Origin: Camelus ferus
Taxonomy: Eukaryota
Assembly: GCF_009834535.1 (NCBI RefSeq)
Contig: NC_045697.1
Location: 97,528,001-97,592,000, forward strand
DNA: 64,000 bases
Reading direction: 5' to 3'
The notes under the pieces: generated by a model
What the model saw: only the letters and a program-made list of their open reading frames with translations
Told to the model about the DNA's origin: nothing
The model's database searches: none
Shown here: positions 13,791 through 26,760 of the stretch, piece by piece
Numbering within the stretch: the first letter of the stretch is position 1
Layout: each line of letters starts with the position of its first letter
Position numbers and translations under genes: made by a program

Positions 13791-14559
13791 AAGAATGTCT
13801 GAAGCAGTACCTCCTAAAAAACCACTTTTCTGAGATGTTTCAAGATACATAATCTGTCTCAAAACTATCATTTCCTTCAGCACTGAGAAATCAAGTAAAA
13901 ATTTACAAAGATTACAAACTTGCAGACATGAGCTCTGAGGCCAGGAACTGTCTCTTGAAAGACAGGATTGCAAGATGTTGCAGAAAATCACTGCTTTGAA
14001 AAGCCGAATAGACATCTAATTTGCAAGCTTCTTCAGCTTGGCCTATTCAACCCCAATTCTAACTCGTGCACCGTGGACCCCCTTCCAAAATTCATCCCTT
14101 CCAAGCACTCAGGTTCCAACCTTAACTTATTTCTATAAGAAACAACAAAAACAAATCAAAACAAAACTTTGTAAAACCTCCTTTATCAGGTGTGTTTGGA
14201 AATATGTTTTTAGCAGTATTTTTCTTTTCTGGCCAGGTAACATTATAAGACAATTCAACATGTTTGTTTCACATAGGCTTTTCTGGTGTTGGGTGGGGAG
14301 TGAATTCGTCACCTTGAAGAATGTTACCTTTTCTCTATTGTATTTGACTCAAGCATACTCTGTTTATGGCTTACTTTAAAACTTTATTCTTTATTGATGG
14401 CTATGGAAAATTATTAATTTAATTTTGCCCCATCAGTCAACTTTTCCCTTTATTCCTTTGTTATTTTCCAAAAATTTTTCTAAAATTTAGAAAGTTCTTT
14501 TTCCTTAGTTTCAGATCTTAGGATTTTATCATTTTTTAATCAAAATTTTGGTTTTGATT

Positions 14560-16940
14560 TATAAAAAATTATATGCAATACTTAAATGTATTCTTATCTC
14601 AAGTAACAGATGACTATAGTCAGTTAAATGTTCATTTTTTTCCAATACCATTATCCTTAGTGTTTCTCAAATACTCCTGTTTCCAGAGGCAACCACAGTT
14701 ACAAGTTTGCAGTTTATTCTTTATAAACATAAAAAGAATAGTTAATGAAATAAAATACATAGTTATGGGGGTTTTTTTATTTAGCATAAATGAATATATG
14801 TCTTATATATTCTTTCATTTGCTGTTTTACACACCGATATACTTTTGACTTAGAAGTCAGCCTTGCTCTGCTATTGTGTGGGTACACTGCAATTTATTTA
14901 ACCACATACTGATGATGGAAATATAGTTCCTTAACAGTTGTTTTTCCATGTATCAAGAATTAAAATTTTGCTACATATATTTTTATATAAAGAACAGAAA
15001 TTTTACAGGATAACTAGAAATAGAATTCCAAGGTTGATGTATTTCAACGTATTAAATTTTCTGATACTGCTAAATTGTTAACTAAAAGGGCTGTTCCAGT
15101 TTATAATATTATTAATAATATAGTACCATGTTTATTTTCTGATTAATATTTTAATATCTGAGTGATAAAAATTGGCATTTCTGTGTTGCTTTATTTAAAT
15201 TTCCCTGAATAATTGTGTTAGGTCATACTTTGATAAATGTATTGGCCAATGTCACACTGTATTCTGGGAGTAGGCTGTTTATGTTTTTAAAATTTTTTAT
15301 TGAATTGCAAAAGACCTTTCAATATTAAATACAATAGCACTTAAAATAGAGAATTATCGATATATCCACATCATTATCTTTTCTATGATTTCTAAGTTTA
15401 GTGTTTACTTAGAAAGCCTTCTTCACCCCAAAATTATTTTCCTAATTGAAATCCCACTGAACAAATGTGTTTGTGTATATACTGTTAATATTTATCTACA
15501 CTTATATAAATTAAATCAATTCTAAATAAATTAAAGTGTAATTTCTAATCCATCTGGAATTTTCTATATGATTTGAATAACTAGAAGAACATTTATTGTA
15601 TAACTTACAGTTTTCCTTCTGGTTTTCAGTCCTACCTTTATCATTAGGTAAATCTTCAGATAGACGAGTCAGTTTCTAGAATTCTAGTCTGGGTTCCCTG
15701 GTTTGTTTATTGCAGTTACTTGCTCTTTTAATTCCTATCATTTCACAGTAATTAATCCGTGGAAAATACTCTTCTTCACTGTTTGCTTTTTGCAGAACTA
15801 TTTAGAATATTCATCTTCACTTTCTCTTTCAAATATAATTATCTTCATACAAATGACTGTTGTATTGTTCAGAAGCACATTGAATATATGGATTTATTTG
15901 GATGAACCGGCATCATTAAAATTTTTAGTCTTTTTATCCAGGCTTTTGGCATGTCTCTCCATCCCTTATATCTTTTAGGGCCATTAGGTAAAGTACTATT
16001 GTCTTTATTTTAATAAGGCTTGCATACTTTTTGAGAGTTTTACTCTTTAATATTTTATTTTTGTGACTAAAATCAAATATATTTTCTAATTTTCTTTTCT
16101 TTTAAATTATCTAATGGTGACCTATAGAAATCTACTTATTTGTGTGTAGTGGACTTCTTCTCACTTATATTATTGAAAATTCTTTTCAATAACAAAGAGC
16201 AAAACAAAGAGGGCAAGCACCATCCACTTCCCAGTTGATTTTATTGCCTCCTAATTATATGTGTTGACATTATTAGTTCCCAAAACATAAATTATTTTCT
16301 GCTTTTGTATCTTTACACTATGTTATGGGATTATGGCCCCTTCATTTTATTTCCATCTATTTGATACTTTTAAGTAGAATTTAAGATAACTTTTTCAAAT
16401 TTCTAAAATAAAATTAAAAATTATGATTCAGGTTGAAATTGCATTATTTTTTAAGAAACTATATTGCAAATGTTCAAACTTTCCATTCTATAATATGCTA
16501 AACCTCTCATTTCCTTCCTTTTTATATATTTGATAGTTTATATTGCTTTCTTCATATATGATCCATACTTAATATCCTTAAGGTTACTCCAGTTATTTTG
16601 TGACTATGTATGCTATTATGAAAGAGGGCATTTCCCATTATATATTTCTATTAATCTTTGCAGGATATAACAATTATTAATTTCCTCATCAGAATTTTTC
16701 TTATACTGATCTATTGCACTAAACTTTCTTTACAAATCTAATAATTCATCAGTTAAATATCATTCAGAGTGTTATGCCTTCTGTAAATAAAAACACTTCC
16801 CTTATCACTTACCTTTTTTTTTCTGTTTTATGTCCTCACACATAAGCTATAATTTTTAGAACAAGATAGATAATATGAGTGATGTTGGGTAGCATCTCTT
16901 TATTCTTGAATTGGGTAGAAATGCCTCCAATGTAGTAGTT
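14560..16940 (-). mobile_element. Ancient L1ME (3' UTR and degenerate ORF2), probably several fragments
   Basis: ccagaggcaaccacagtt 3' UTR motif followed by a long T-rich stretch with L1-antisense motifs (catctggaattt, gaagcacattgaatatatggatt, tattcttga...gaaatgcctccaatgt). Confidence 0.65.
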
Positions 16941-16949
16941 ATTAGTATA

Positions 16950-17075
16950 TGAGGTCACAAACCCCTTTGAAAAATCTTATGAGAAGTATAAACTTGTTTA
17001 ATGATGACAAAAAGTCTTGGACATATTCACAAAATTCAAATGTTTACTGAAGACTCTTAAAGAGACTCCCTAATT
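16950..17075. mobile_element. hAT-Charlie non-autonomous DNA transposon fragment (MER113/MER117-like)
   Basis: gaggtcacaaacccctttgaaaaatcttatga resembles the recalled GGGTCACAGACCCCTTTGAGAATCTGATGA motif. Confidence 0.4.
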
Positions 17076-18684
17076 TACTAGACGTGGACATTTGTCACAC
17101 CTGATAATATATAATGCTATTTTTATTTGAACTTATAAATATGTAAAATAAACGAAGCAAGTTTGTTCTATTATCGATATACATGTATAATCTGTTTAGA
17201 CTTATTATAAAGGAAATAACCTTCTTAGTATTAAAACAAAATGAAAAATGTACTGTGGGTGTCCTTGAATTAGAAAGTGGCTATGAATTTTGTTAATGTA
17301 GCTTTTAAGTCACTATTTTATTTGCCAGTTTTAATATACAGTTCAAATTTGATCAAATAATGTTGAAGCAGCACTGTTAAAATTGCATGGTAAAGTAGCA
17401 CATTTTTGAATAGAGAGTATTTAAAAACACACTTTACTGGTACTATTTTTAGTACTGTAAACAAGCATAATTATAACGCTAAATCTACCCAGGGGAAAAT
17501 CAATTCAATAGTCACCTTTACTCAGAAATGCATTGTAAAGACCCTGCACTCCAGAAAGATACTAAGTAGGGATAAAACAAATATGGGAAATGGGCTGGTC
17601 AACTTTCTGAATTCTGCTAACGTTGATATCATGATGTTACACAGAGACTTTAAGCTATGCCATGATTCCTTTATCTTCAGAGTCCTTAGACTTTTAAAAA
17701 CTATCCTCCTTATTTTCCTATCAGAGAAAAAGCACAGATTATATTGGTACCAGCATCTGAAAAAGCAAAATCTTTGTCATTTGGATAATCAGAATCTGGT
17801 ACAAATACAGCTGTAAAAATAGAACATATGACAATTAAATGATGCTCTGTTTTTATATACGTATGATCCCTGACCTGGGAACATGTTTATTATGCTAAGA
17901 AATGCACTTCATCTCTGTCGCCGCTCCCATCTAGCTGTGCTTCCTATCTCCAAATCAATAAACCTTAAAAGTGCCTTGTAATAGTTACAGTATGTTTCTC
18001 CAGGGAGAAATTGTTGTGTTAGGTTTTTGATGGTTTTTGACACTATACCAATTTCATTTGACAATGAATTGAAAGTTGAACAGTGCACTTAGCCATGCTG
18101 GTCATTTAATACTATCCTCAGGATATTGTCTTTCAATCTCGGAGAAAAGCCATTCTTTGTGAAAACTGGCCTAAGCTGGTTCTCATACTATTGGTTTGGC
18201 TTCATCATGAGAGAGAGAGATTAAGAAGAGATATCTCACCATAAATATGTTTGGGTCTTGTTGTTGATGATGTAATCATGTTTTTTAAGGCTGAATTTCC
18301 AAGACAGCAAAGTGGGTAACAATCTCATTAACACCATTCGCCCTACTCTGCCTATCTCACAATTGCTTCAATTTTCTGGTATTAAAAATGGCCAGAAGAC
18401 ATTGCCTCATAAGTAGGTCATTCAAGTGATCTAAGATGCAGTCCCTTTATCAGTAAGAGGAAATAATGATGAAACATTTTTTGTCAAATTTAAATCATTA
18501 TACAAGTGCCATTGCCTTGATTTTGCTGCCTGATCTGTAAGAATCCTGTCCTGTAGTATCTCACACTGGCAACTTGCTGGGATCTTTCCTGGCCTGTCAA
18601 GTGACCATTTCTAATAGTCAACATTTCTGAATCAAGAAATCCATTATAGTTAACTTCTAACAGGAAAAGTTTAAAGTCAATATA

Positions 18685-18848
18685 GGGGGAAGGGTACAGC
18701 TCAAGTGATAGAGCACATGCTTAGCATACGCAAAATCCTGGGTTCAATTCACGGTACCTCCTCTAAAAATAAATAACAAAATCTAATTACTTCCCGCCTG
18801 CCAAAAAATTAATAAAATAATATAACAGTGAAAAATTAATTTAAAAAG
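18685..18848 (+). mobile_element. tRNA-derived SINE, camelid Vic-1 type, full length
   Basis: G-rich head, A box (cagctcaagtga), B box (ggttcaattc), ctaattac body and A-rich tail. Perfect 13-bp TSD taaagtcaatata at 18672-18684 and 18849-18861. Confidence 0.93.
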
Positions 18849-20464
18849 TAAAGTCAATATAATGCATAGCTAGATCATCTAATTGGAGATGCTGATGAAA
18901 AATTTGTAACTTCTAATATTAAATTTGTCATACTAGTTATAAAAATGAGAGAAACTATTATGGAAACCCAAGGATGCCAGAAACCCTTCCAGAATTGAAT
19001 GACACTCTGGGGAGTATGAAAATGTGAATGGATAAAAGTACAAGAGCTAACTTCCAGGGAATTCTTAGGAGCTTTTCTTGTAGGTGTTGGAGCTCTGCTG
19101 AAGAGGCATGAACACAGGAGACACACTGTGAACTCTGAGGGTTCTTTCTACTGCAGAAAGCTTTTCATGACCAATTCATTGATAAGAACTGATCTGACTG
19201 ATAAAAATAAAAGGTGATAATTTAAAATTATGATAGTAGATATTCACTAGGTCCTAGAGGTGCTTTGGAGAAGTAATAACTGGGATTTAACTCCTACTAA
19301 TTTTATATATGTTGAGAAATTTACCAAAAAATAATTTATGTGGAATCTAGATCTAGTGTCCCTCTGATACATTTATATGCATCAATTTACTAATCTAAGA
19401 ATAATATGGTAATAAAACACAAACCAAATAAGCAGTAAACATACAAACAAATGTCACTCTCCATATGCTTGAAAATTTATTGTCCTCATCTCTGTGCTAC
19501 TATGTTTTGGTTAATAAAGGGAATGCTTAAAGAGTTTGAACATCTTTGTTCCCTGTTAGGAATATTTATTTTTAATTTAGAATCTAAAATACAAGGAAGA
19601 AACTTGAAATCAATTATTTCAACAAATTACACTTGGATGGGGAAATAAAAGATCAAAGGAATTTTCTCACTTATTTCAATAGCTAAGAAGACATAAATAT
19701 TTCCATTCTTAAATGTATGAGATGAAATACTGGGTATGTGAATAGTTGCTTAGTGTGAAAAAAAATTGTGCAGCTCTCAATAAACACACGGAGGAGATAG
19801 AGTATAGAAAAGGAAGATATTTAAAATAAGCAAGAAGGGTACTTCATAAACCACCTTAGGATTAGAGGCCTCATTTAGAAAATTGTAAATTCCTAAATAT
19901 AGTCAGACAGAAAATTGTTACTCTCTTGAAGGAAGTGGCTAAGAAGCCCAGCTCTGTCATTTTAATGAGAGCAATTGGAGTAGAAAGCAAACTAAAATTT
20001 TTATTCAAGGAAAACCTTAGTCGTAAAGTGCATACAAACACACATTTTTTGGTGGTCATGGAGTTTCAAATATCTATTTATTATTTTGATTCTGCTACAG
20101 AAATTAGAAGGTACCCAGTTTCCAAGGGAAAAGAGGTAAAAGCATTAGATCTAGAGAGACATAGGCTTTTCTAAATACCCAGGACTTATTTCTCCAAGTA
20201 CCTGAGGACTCTACTGGCTTGTATAACATGTAATGCAAAATAGCTAAATACTCACCAAAGAATTCTGTGCAGATGTACAATCAAAACATAATGTATAGAA
20301 TACTACAACATAGAGAATTCCAATCACGAGGATACTTAAGGTTTCCAAATGGAATGCCAAAAAAATAAATGAGTTGTTTAGATTTGGGAAGATAAGAAAT
20401 AATGTTTTGAAAAGTTCTCTGGATAGATCCCTGGTATATACCTTGATTGGTAGATTTTAGCATC

Positions 20465-20846
20465 ATTTATGGGCTGAATTGTGTTCCTTCAAAATCCAGG
20501 GTGGAAGTCCTGACCCCCAATACCTCAAGATGTGACAGTATTTGGATGTAGGGCCTTTAGAGAGGTATTCAGTTAAAGTGAGATCATTAGGATGGGTTCT
20601 AATCCAGTACAGAAGGTGACTTAGAAGGAACAAATTGGACAGAGACATGCACAGAAGTAAGCCCAGGTGGCGATGGAGAGAGCAGTTGGCCAACCATAAA
20701 CCAAGGGAAAAGGCCTCAGAGGAGACTAACCCTGCTGACACCTTGATCTCAGATTGAGTCTCCAGAATTGTAGGAAGATACATTCCTGTTGTTCAGTCCA
20801 TCCAGTCCGTGGCCCTCTGTTAGAACAGCCCAAGCAGACCAGCACA
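20465..20846 (+). mobile_element. MaLR solo LTR (MLT1B-like)
   Basis: ttatgggctgaattgtg...tatttggatgtagggccttta...ccctgctgacaccttgatct...cagcccaagcagaccagcaca. 5-bp TSD gcatc at 20460-20464 and 20847-20851. Confidence 0.92.
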
Positions 20847-22044
20847 GCATCCTGAAGGGAAAAAGCCCGTCCCATTGGGAATGTTAGCTGTCTGCTGTCT
20901 TGTATCACAGACTGGGAAAACGTAGTAAGATGGACAAGGACATTTTTCCAAAATACGAGATAATTTTTCCACACTGAGGTGCTGGGGCAGAGGGTAGGAA
21001 AATGATCCTGGGCTGAAATTTTGCATTTAGTGAAGTGGATGAAACTTCCTATGAAGATCATAGCAAATTTAAGGATAGTAAGTAGGCAGATTTTCAAGAA
21101 CTTTTGACAGTCATTTATACTCATTGGTAAAGACAATGAAATAAATTTTTGCATCAAATTCTCAAGAGTATTTTTCTCGAAATTACTTACACAAACACCT
21201 ACTGACACATTATGGTCTGTAACCTTACTTTTTGGAGTGGTCTGTGCATATACTGTTACATAGTGGACAATCAACACACAGTTGTTGAATGAATTTGCAC
21301 AATGAATAACGCTAATTTTTCCACATAACATTTTACTACCCAGATTTTATTGAAAAAATTTGATTATATTCTGTGGCTAAGCTAGCCAAGAAAATTTTAT
21401 TAGCAAATTGGCCAAGTTATTTCTCTCTTTCAAATGTTTACTAAAAATAAATTTTTGACCCTGGTATTAGCTTTTGTAATTCTAGAGATCCTATTAAATT
21501 ATGCATTTTAAAGTTCTTGGCTTCATGTGAGTATAGTTGTACAGAGGACAGGTTTGGTCAAACAGAATATTTTATCAATTATATAAATAAGCTACAGCAT
21601 CATAAAAAATATAGGAGTAAATATGTATCAACAATTACATTCATTGACAGGTAACATGAGTTATAATAAATAGTGCCATGTTTTCGGCTCTTCACAGCGC
21701 TCTTTGCTCTTTTTAATTTCAAAGAAGTATACAAGATTAACATTTACAGGACTGAAAACTCAGGTGTAAAATTATATTTAATAATTTATTTACTCTAAGC
21801 TAAAGGACATACATTTGTTTAGTGTAAATCAAAGATACTAGGCAAATATCCTGAAAATAGAATTTCCACATAGCTTTTGACTAAGGCGTGTTAAGAATCA
21901 GTTTGAATTATAAATATTCTATTTTAACTATTTCTTCTGACATTTATTGGAACATATCACATTATTTAAAAAATTATTTGGGTTAGTTATTTAAGATTTC
22001 TTAAGATATTGAAGAATGATGCATGATTTTGTGTTAATAGAAAA

Positions 22045-22220
22045 AAGCAATGACCTTTCTGCAGTTTTTAACCTCTCTCAGCCTCAGTCCTGATCTGTGA
22101 AACAGAAACAACTCTACTGACCTACTTAGCTCACAAGGTGTGTAAAAGTCAAATAAATTTATGTACATATAAGGAATTTACATAAAAGCACTATATTTAG
22201 TACAGATAAGATTATTGCTA
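22045..22220 (+). mobile_element. MIR SINE
   Basis: tgacct...ttaacctctctcagcctcagt...atctgtgaaa MIR core. Confidence 0.65.
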
Positions 22221-23328
22221 ACTAGGCTGCCGTAACTTTTGTAAACGGCTGAATAGCATAAGGTTATCTTGGGCATATTCTAAACAAAGATCTTTTTAGC
22301 TCAGTCTCATCATCACCAGAACAGAGAATCTATCATATGCGGACCAAAGAAATCTTAGAGTTTTCCTTTATAGATAGGGTACTCAGTAGCGAAAATTAGG
22401 GGGAAAAAATGGATGAAAACTGAGGGAAAAAGCTGGCAGCAACAGGAAAGTAAATGGGACAAAGATGAAACCAGAAGAAAGTGCCTCCAATCAAAGCATG
22501 TCTTTTGCCAGAATTGTTCCCAGTGTAAGTTTATAATAATCCTGGAAATGACTGAATTTCATGAACCAAAGCTGACAATTGAAACAGGTGTCTGGCATTA
22601 GGAGAGATGAAAATGGTTTCTCTTCTTCCTGCTCTCAAGATGAGGAAGACATAACAGGAATACATATTGATTCCAAGGAGAGCACCATGCCAGCTCTCTG
22701 TAGCAGATGGAATTGTGCAAGGCATCCCAAATGATTGAGAATCAAAAATAGGCTAAACGAGGATGCATGATATACAATAAAATAAAAATAACTTTCTTTT
22801 TCTCTTGAATGTCCATTATGTTTCACAGCTGTTGAGACCAGAAAGTGACAATGTTTCTATTTGCTAATGACAACTAAATAGAATGTATAGTAAATTGAGA
22901 CAGTGTGAATATTTTTTGATTGGTTAAACATGAAATAGTTGCAACTGAGATGAAAGATAGCTGTGCACATGATGTTTCTGCATCAGATGATGGAGGTGAG
23001 AGTCTGGAGACGTTGTCTAAAATGATACCAAAAAATGAGTCAACTTATGGTCAGAAGTGAAAATTCATTATTTTAAAAACCTTCTGGAGTTTTAAAAGAT
23101 TACTGAAAATTAAACACATTGATGCAATATATCACTATCTCCTAATAGATTTATAATAAAAGGCATTGCAGTAACTATTCAGATTTATCATTGATGTCAG
23201 GATAACCAAAGCCAAACATTAATACTAAGCACAAGACCTAAGAAATAATGTTGAGTAATATTTTCCCAGGACATTAGTTTCGTTCTATTTAACAAAGATA
23301 AACAGGTAGTTATTTTTACCAAGAACTC

Positions 23329-23797
23329 TATAAGGTATTTAAATCATTTTTTTTCTTGACCTAGTTTTGAAACCCTGACTAGTCAGTATTCCTTGAACAG
23401 CTGATTAACTCCACACCGGAACTACTTCCCTTATCAGGCTCTCATAGTGGGGGCCACCATGCACCTACCCTAATTGCCTGCAGGCCAGGTACCAGAAAAT
23501 GAGAGAGACAGAGAAAGAGAGATCAAGTAAATGCTCCTCTATTTCCCAGAGCCTGCAAAATTATTCAAATTAGTCCATCTCTAGGGTGCCCTGGAAACCT
23601 AGCTAACCTCATCCCTCTTGCTATATGTAAGCTTCCCCCTAGAGCTCCAGATTGTTGTTACTCAGTTCTCAGGTGCAAGTGCCAGTGTGGCCTTGCTTGA
23701 CACCCATCTTTTGTTTGGAGATATATAACAAATAGTTCTTCCTTTGACCTATCTTGGTATCATTTTGTGTACACTATCAAAAGAATCTTTAAATCTT
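23329..23797 (+). mobile_element. ERVL-class LTR (MER73/MER54/MER74 group); last 8 bp displaced to 25660-25667 by the L1 insertion
   Basis: ggccaggtaccaga...cccagagcctgc...attattcaaattag...gaaacctagctaac...atcaaaagaatctttaaatctt; the terminal gtaaaaca lies just after the L1 TSD. Confidence 0.75.
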
Positions 23798-24282
23798 TTT
23801 TTAAAATTATTGAAGTATAGTCAGTTTACAATATTGTGTCAATTTCTGGTATACAGCATAATGTTTCAGTCATACATATACATACATATATTCTTTTTCA
23901 TATTCTTTTTCATTATTGGTTACTGCAAGATATGAAGATATGCTATACAGTAGAAACTTGTTGTTTATCTATTTTATATATAGAAGTTAGTATCTGTAAA
24001 TCCCGAACTCCTAATTTATCCCTCCCTACCCCTTTTCCTCCCTGGTAACCATCAGTTGGTTTTCTATGTCTGTGAGTCTGTTTCTGGCTTGTAAATAAGT
24101 TCATTTATGTCTTTTTGTAAGATTCTACATACTAGTGATATCATATGATATTTTTCTTTCTCTTTCTGGCTCACTTCATTTAGTATGACAATCTCCAGGT
24201 CTACCCATGTTGCTGCAAATGGCATTATTTTATTCTTTTTATGGCTGAGTAGTATTCCATTCTCTCTCTATATCACAACTTC
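23798..24282 (-). mobile_element. LINE-1 3' end (3' UTR plus ORF2 C-terminus), outer part of the composite L1
   Basis: T-tail, then ttgaagtatagtcagtttacaa..., closely similar to the 3' UTR at 49262; breaks off at cacaacttc, where a second poly(T) starts. Confidence 0.95.
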
Positions 24283-25644
24283 TTTTTTTTTTTTAACATT
24301 TTTTATTGATTTATAATCATTTTACAATGTTGTGTCAAATTCCAGTGTTCAGCACAATTTTTCAGTCATTCATGGACATATACACACTCATTGTCACATT
24401 TTTTTCTCTGTGAGTTATCATAACATTTTGTGTATATTTCCCTGTGCTATAAAGTGTAATCTTGTTTATCTATACTACAGTTTTGAAATCCCAGTCTATC
24501 CCTTCCCACCCTCCACCCCCTTGGCAACCACAAGTCTGTATTCTCTGTCTATGAGTCTATTTCTGTCCTATATTTACACTTTGTTTTTGTTTGTTTGTTT
24601 GTTTTTGTTTTTGTTTTTTTAGATTCCACATATGAGTGATCTCATATGGTATTTTTCTTTCTCTTTCTGGCTTACTTCACTTAGAATTACATTCTCCAGG
24701 AACATCCATGTTGCTGCGAATGGCATTATGTTGTCGGTTTTTATGGCTGAGTAGTATTCCATTGTATAAATATACCACATCTTCTTTATCCAGTCACCTG
24801 TTGATGGACATTTAGGCTGTTTCCATGTTTTGGCTATTGTAAATAGTGCTGCTATGAACATTGGGGTGCAGGTGTCATCCTGAAGTAGGGTTCCTTCTGG
24901 ATACAAGCCCAGAAGTGGGATTCCTGGGTCGTATGGTAAGTCTATTCCTAGTCTTTTGAGGACTCTCCACACTGTTTCCATAGTGGCTGCAGCAAAATGC
25001 ATTCCCACCAGCAGTGTAGGAGGGTTCCCCTTTCTCCACAGCCTCTCCAGGGTTTATCTTTTGTGGACTTTTGAATGATGGCCATTCTGACTGGTGTGAG
25101 GTGATACCTCATTGTAGTTTTGATTTGCATTTTTCTGATAATTAGCCATACTGAGCATTTTTTCATGTGCCTTTTGATCATTTATATGTCTTCATTGGAG
25201 AAATGTTTGCTTAGATCTTCTGCCCATTTTTTGATTAGGTTGTTCATTTTATTGTTACTGAGTTGTATGAGCTGTTTGTATATTCTGGAAATTAAGCCCT
25301 TGTCAGTCACATCATTACCAAATATTTTCTGCCATTCTGTAGGTTGTCTTTTCTTTTTGTTTATAGTTTCCTCTGCTGTGCAAAATCTTGTAAGTTTAAT
25401 TAGGTCTCATTTGTTTACTTTTGCTTTTATTTCTATTGCCTTCATAGACAGTCCTAGAAGAACATTGCTACAATTTATATCAGAGAATGTTTTGCCTATA
25501 TTCTCTTCTGGGAGGTTTATGGTATCTTGTCTTATATTTAAGTCTTTAAGCCATTTTGAGTAATTTATTTTTGTGCGTGGTATGAATGAGTGTTCTAATT
25601 TCATTGATTTATGTGTGGCTCTCCGGCTTTCCCAACATCACTTG
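24283..25644 (-). mobile_element. 5'-truncated LINE-1 with a different 3' UTR, inner part of the composite L1
   Basis: Second poly(T) and 3' UTR. ORF 24619..25008 is the ORF2p C-terminus (...EVSQKEKEKYHMRSLICGI*) and ORF 24948..25181 is the Cys-rich region ([15 protein letters not shown]), separated by a frameshift. TSD gaatctt(t/g)aaatctt at 23783-23797 and 25645-25659 encloses both L1 parts. Confidence 0.97.
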
Positions 25645-25979
25645 GAATCTTGAAATCTTGTAAAACAGATATGTGGATGTAAATTTGATGCAACATGCAC
25701 ATTGTCTTTAAGCATTTCTTGGTCCATGTGGGAACAAAATGATGTGGAATCCAAATCTATTAAACACTATTATATAAAAGGAATGATACATTGATCATCC
25801 TTATTTCTTAAAATAAACTTGAAATTTTGGCACTATTATCATTCTGTTTTATAGACCAATTAAAAACCCATTGTACTTGTTAAGAGGGAAGAGAGATAGA
25901 ATGAGCTAGCCACGTAAACACTGATAAAGACATTTGGAAATGCAAAGGGAAGATGTAGAGAAGACTCTATGATGATGGA

Positions 25980-26410
25980 GTCTATGTGATCACCAAAACC
26001 CATTTTATTTTCCTTCTGGACACCCAGGTGCCTAAATTTTGCAACTGTCATGCAGTTCGGTGTAGTCATGCATGGGGATCTACTTAATAAAATTATGGCA
26101 GAAAAGTTGTATGCTCTTCTAAGCTTGGTCAATAGAAGCCACTGAAGAGTAAATCTGTATGCTTTCTACCCATATGGAGAGGACACTTACAGTCACCTTG
26201 GGAGCCAAAAGTTAAACTTGGAGACAAAAGATATAAGGAATTTGCATTTCTGAGTCAGTATTGCAGGAGAGATACCAACCAGCAGGAATACCTGTTTTGG
26301 TTTTTTTGTTTGTTTTACTATGATGAGAGTGAGAAATAAATTGTGTTACATTAAGCTATCAAGTTCAAGGGGTTTGTCAATTATGTCAACTAGCCTATAA
26401 ACTGACATCC
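25980..26410 (+). mobile_element. MaLR LTR (MLT1I/J-like)
   Basis: tcaccaaaacccatttt...ttccttctggacac 5' motif and gagtgagaaataaattgtgttacattaagctatcaagttcaaggggtttgt 3' motif. Confidence 0.7.
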
Positions 26411-26439
26411 TTACTAAGATAAATGATTTCCAGTAGTTT

Positions 26440-26760
26440 GGCTTTGTGGCCAGGGATTGTGGTTAGGCTACAAATCAAAATGGGACATACTGGAAGAAAA
26501 GAGTTTTGATACATTTGGGAGAACGTAATGGCTTTCGTTTTGGACTTGTGGAGATTAATAATGTGTGAAGTATCAAGTAGAGATCCTGTAAGGCAATTGG
26601 ATGTATGCTGGTGGAGAAAATGTAAGATAATTCTGCAAAGGAGATTTTGATTTGAGTATCAGTAACACAGTCCACAGCTCAGCAAAAGGAAGATAGAGTA
26701 TAAAATGACCTAAAGAGAACAACGTGAGATAAAAAACCAAGAAAACAATCTGAGGTGCCA
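26440..26760 (-). mobile_element. L2 LINE fragment
   Basis: ttcgttttggacttgtggagatt...aggcaattggatgtatg...ggagattttgatttgagtatcag is typical L2 antisense. Confidence 0.55.

Noticed and set aside
17406..17816. 136-aa ORF (similarly 37566..38018 and 29340..29630)
   Set aside because: Composition is typical of translated AT-rich non-coding DNA, with no domain or supporting splice structure.
18685..18760. tRNA gene (also 31067-31145)
   Set aside because: The tRNA-like head continues into a SINE body and A-rich tail and is flanked by TSDs.
20726..21331. Longest ORF (201 aa, minus strand) as a gene
   Set aside because: No recognisable domain, and it runs into the antisense strand of an MLT1 LTR. 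Consistent with a chance frame.
24619..25181. ORF2p-like ORFs as functional CDS
   Set aside because: C-terminal fragments of a 5'-truncated, frameshifted L1 with no promoter.
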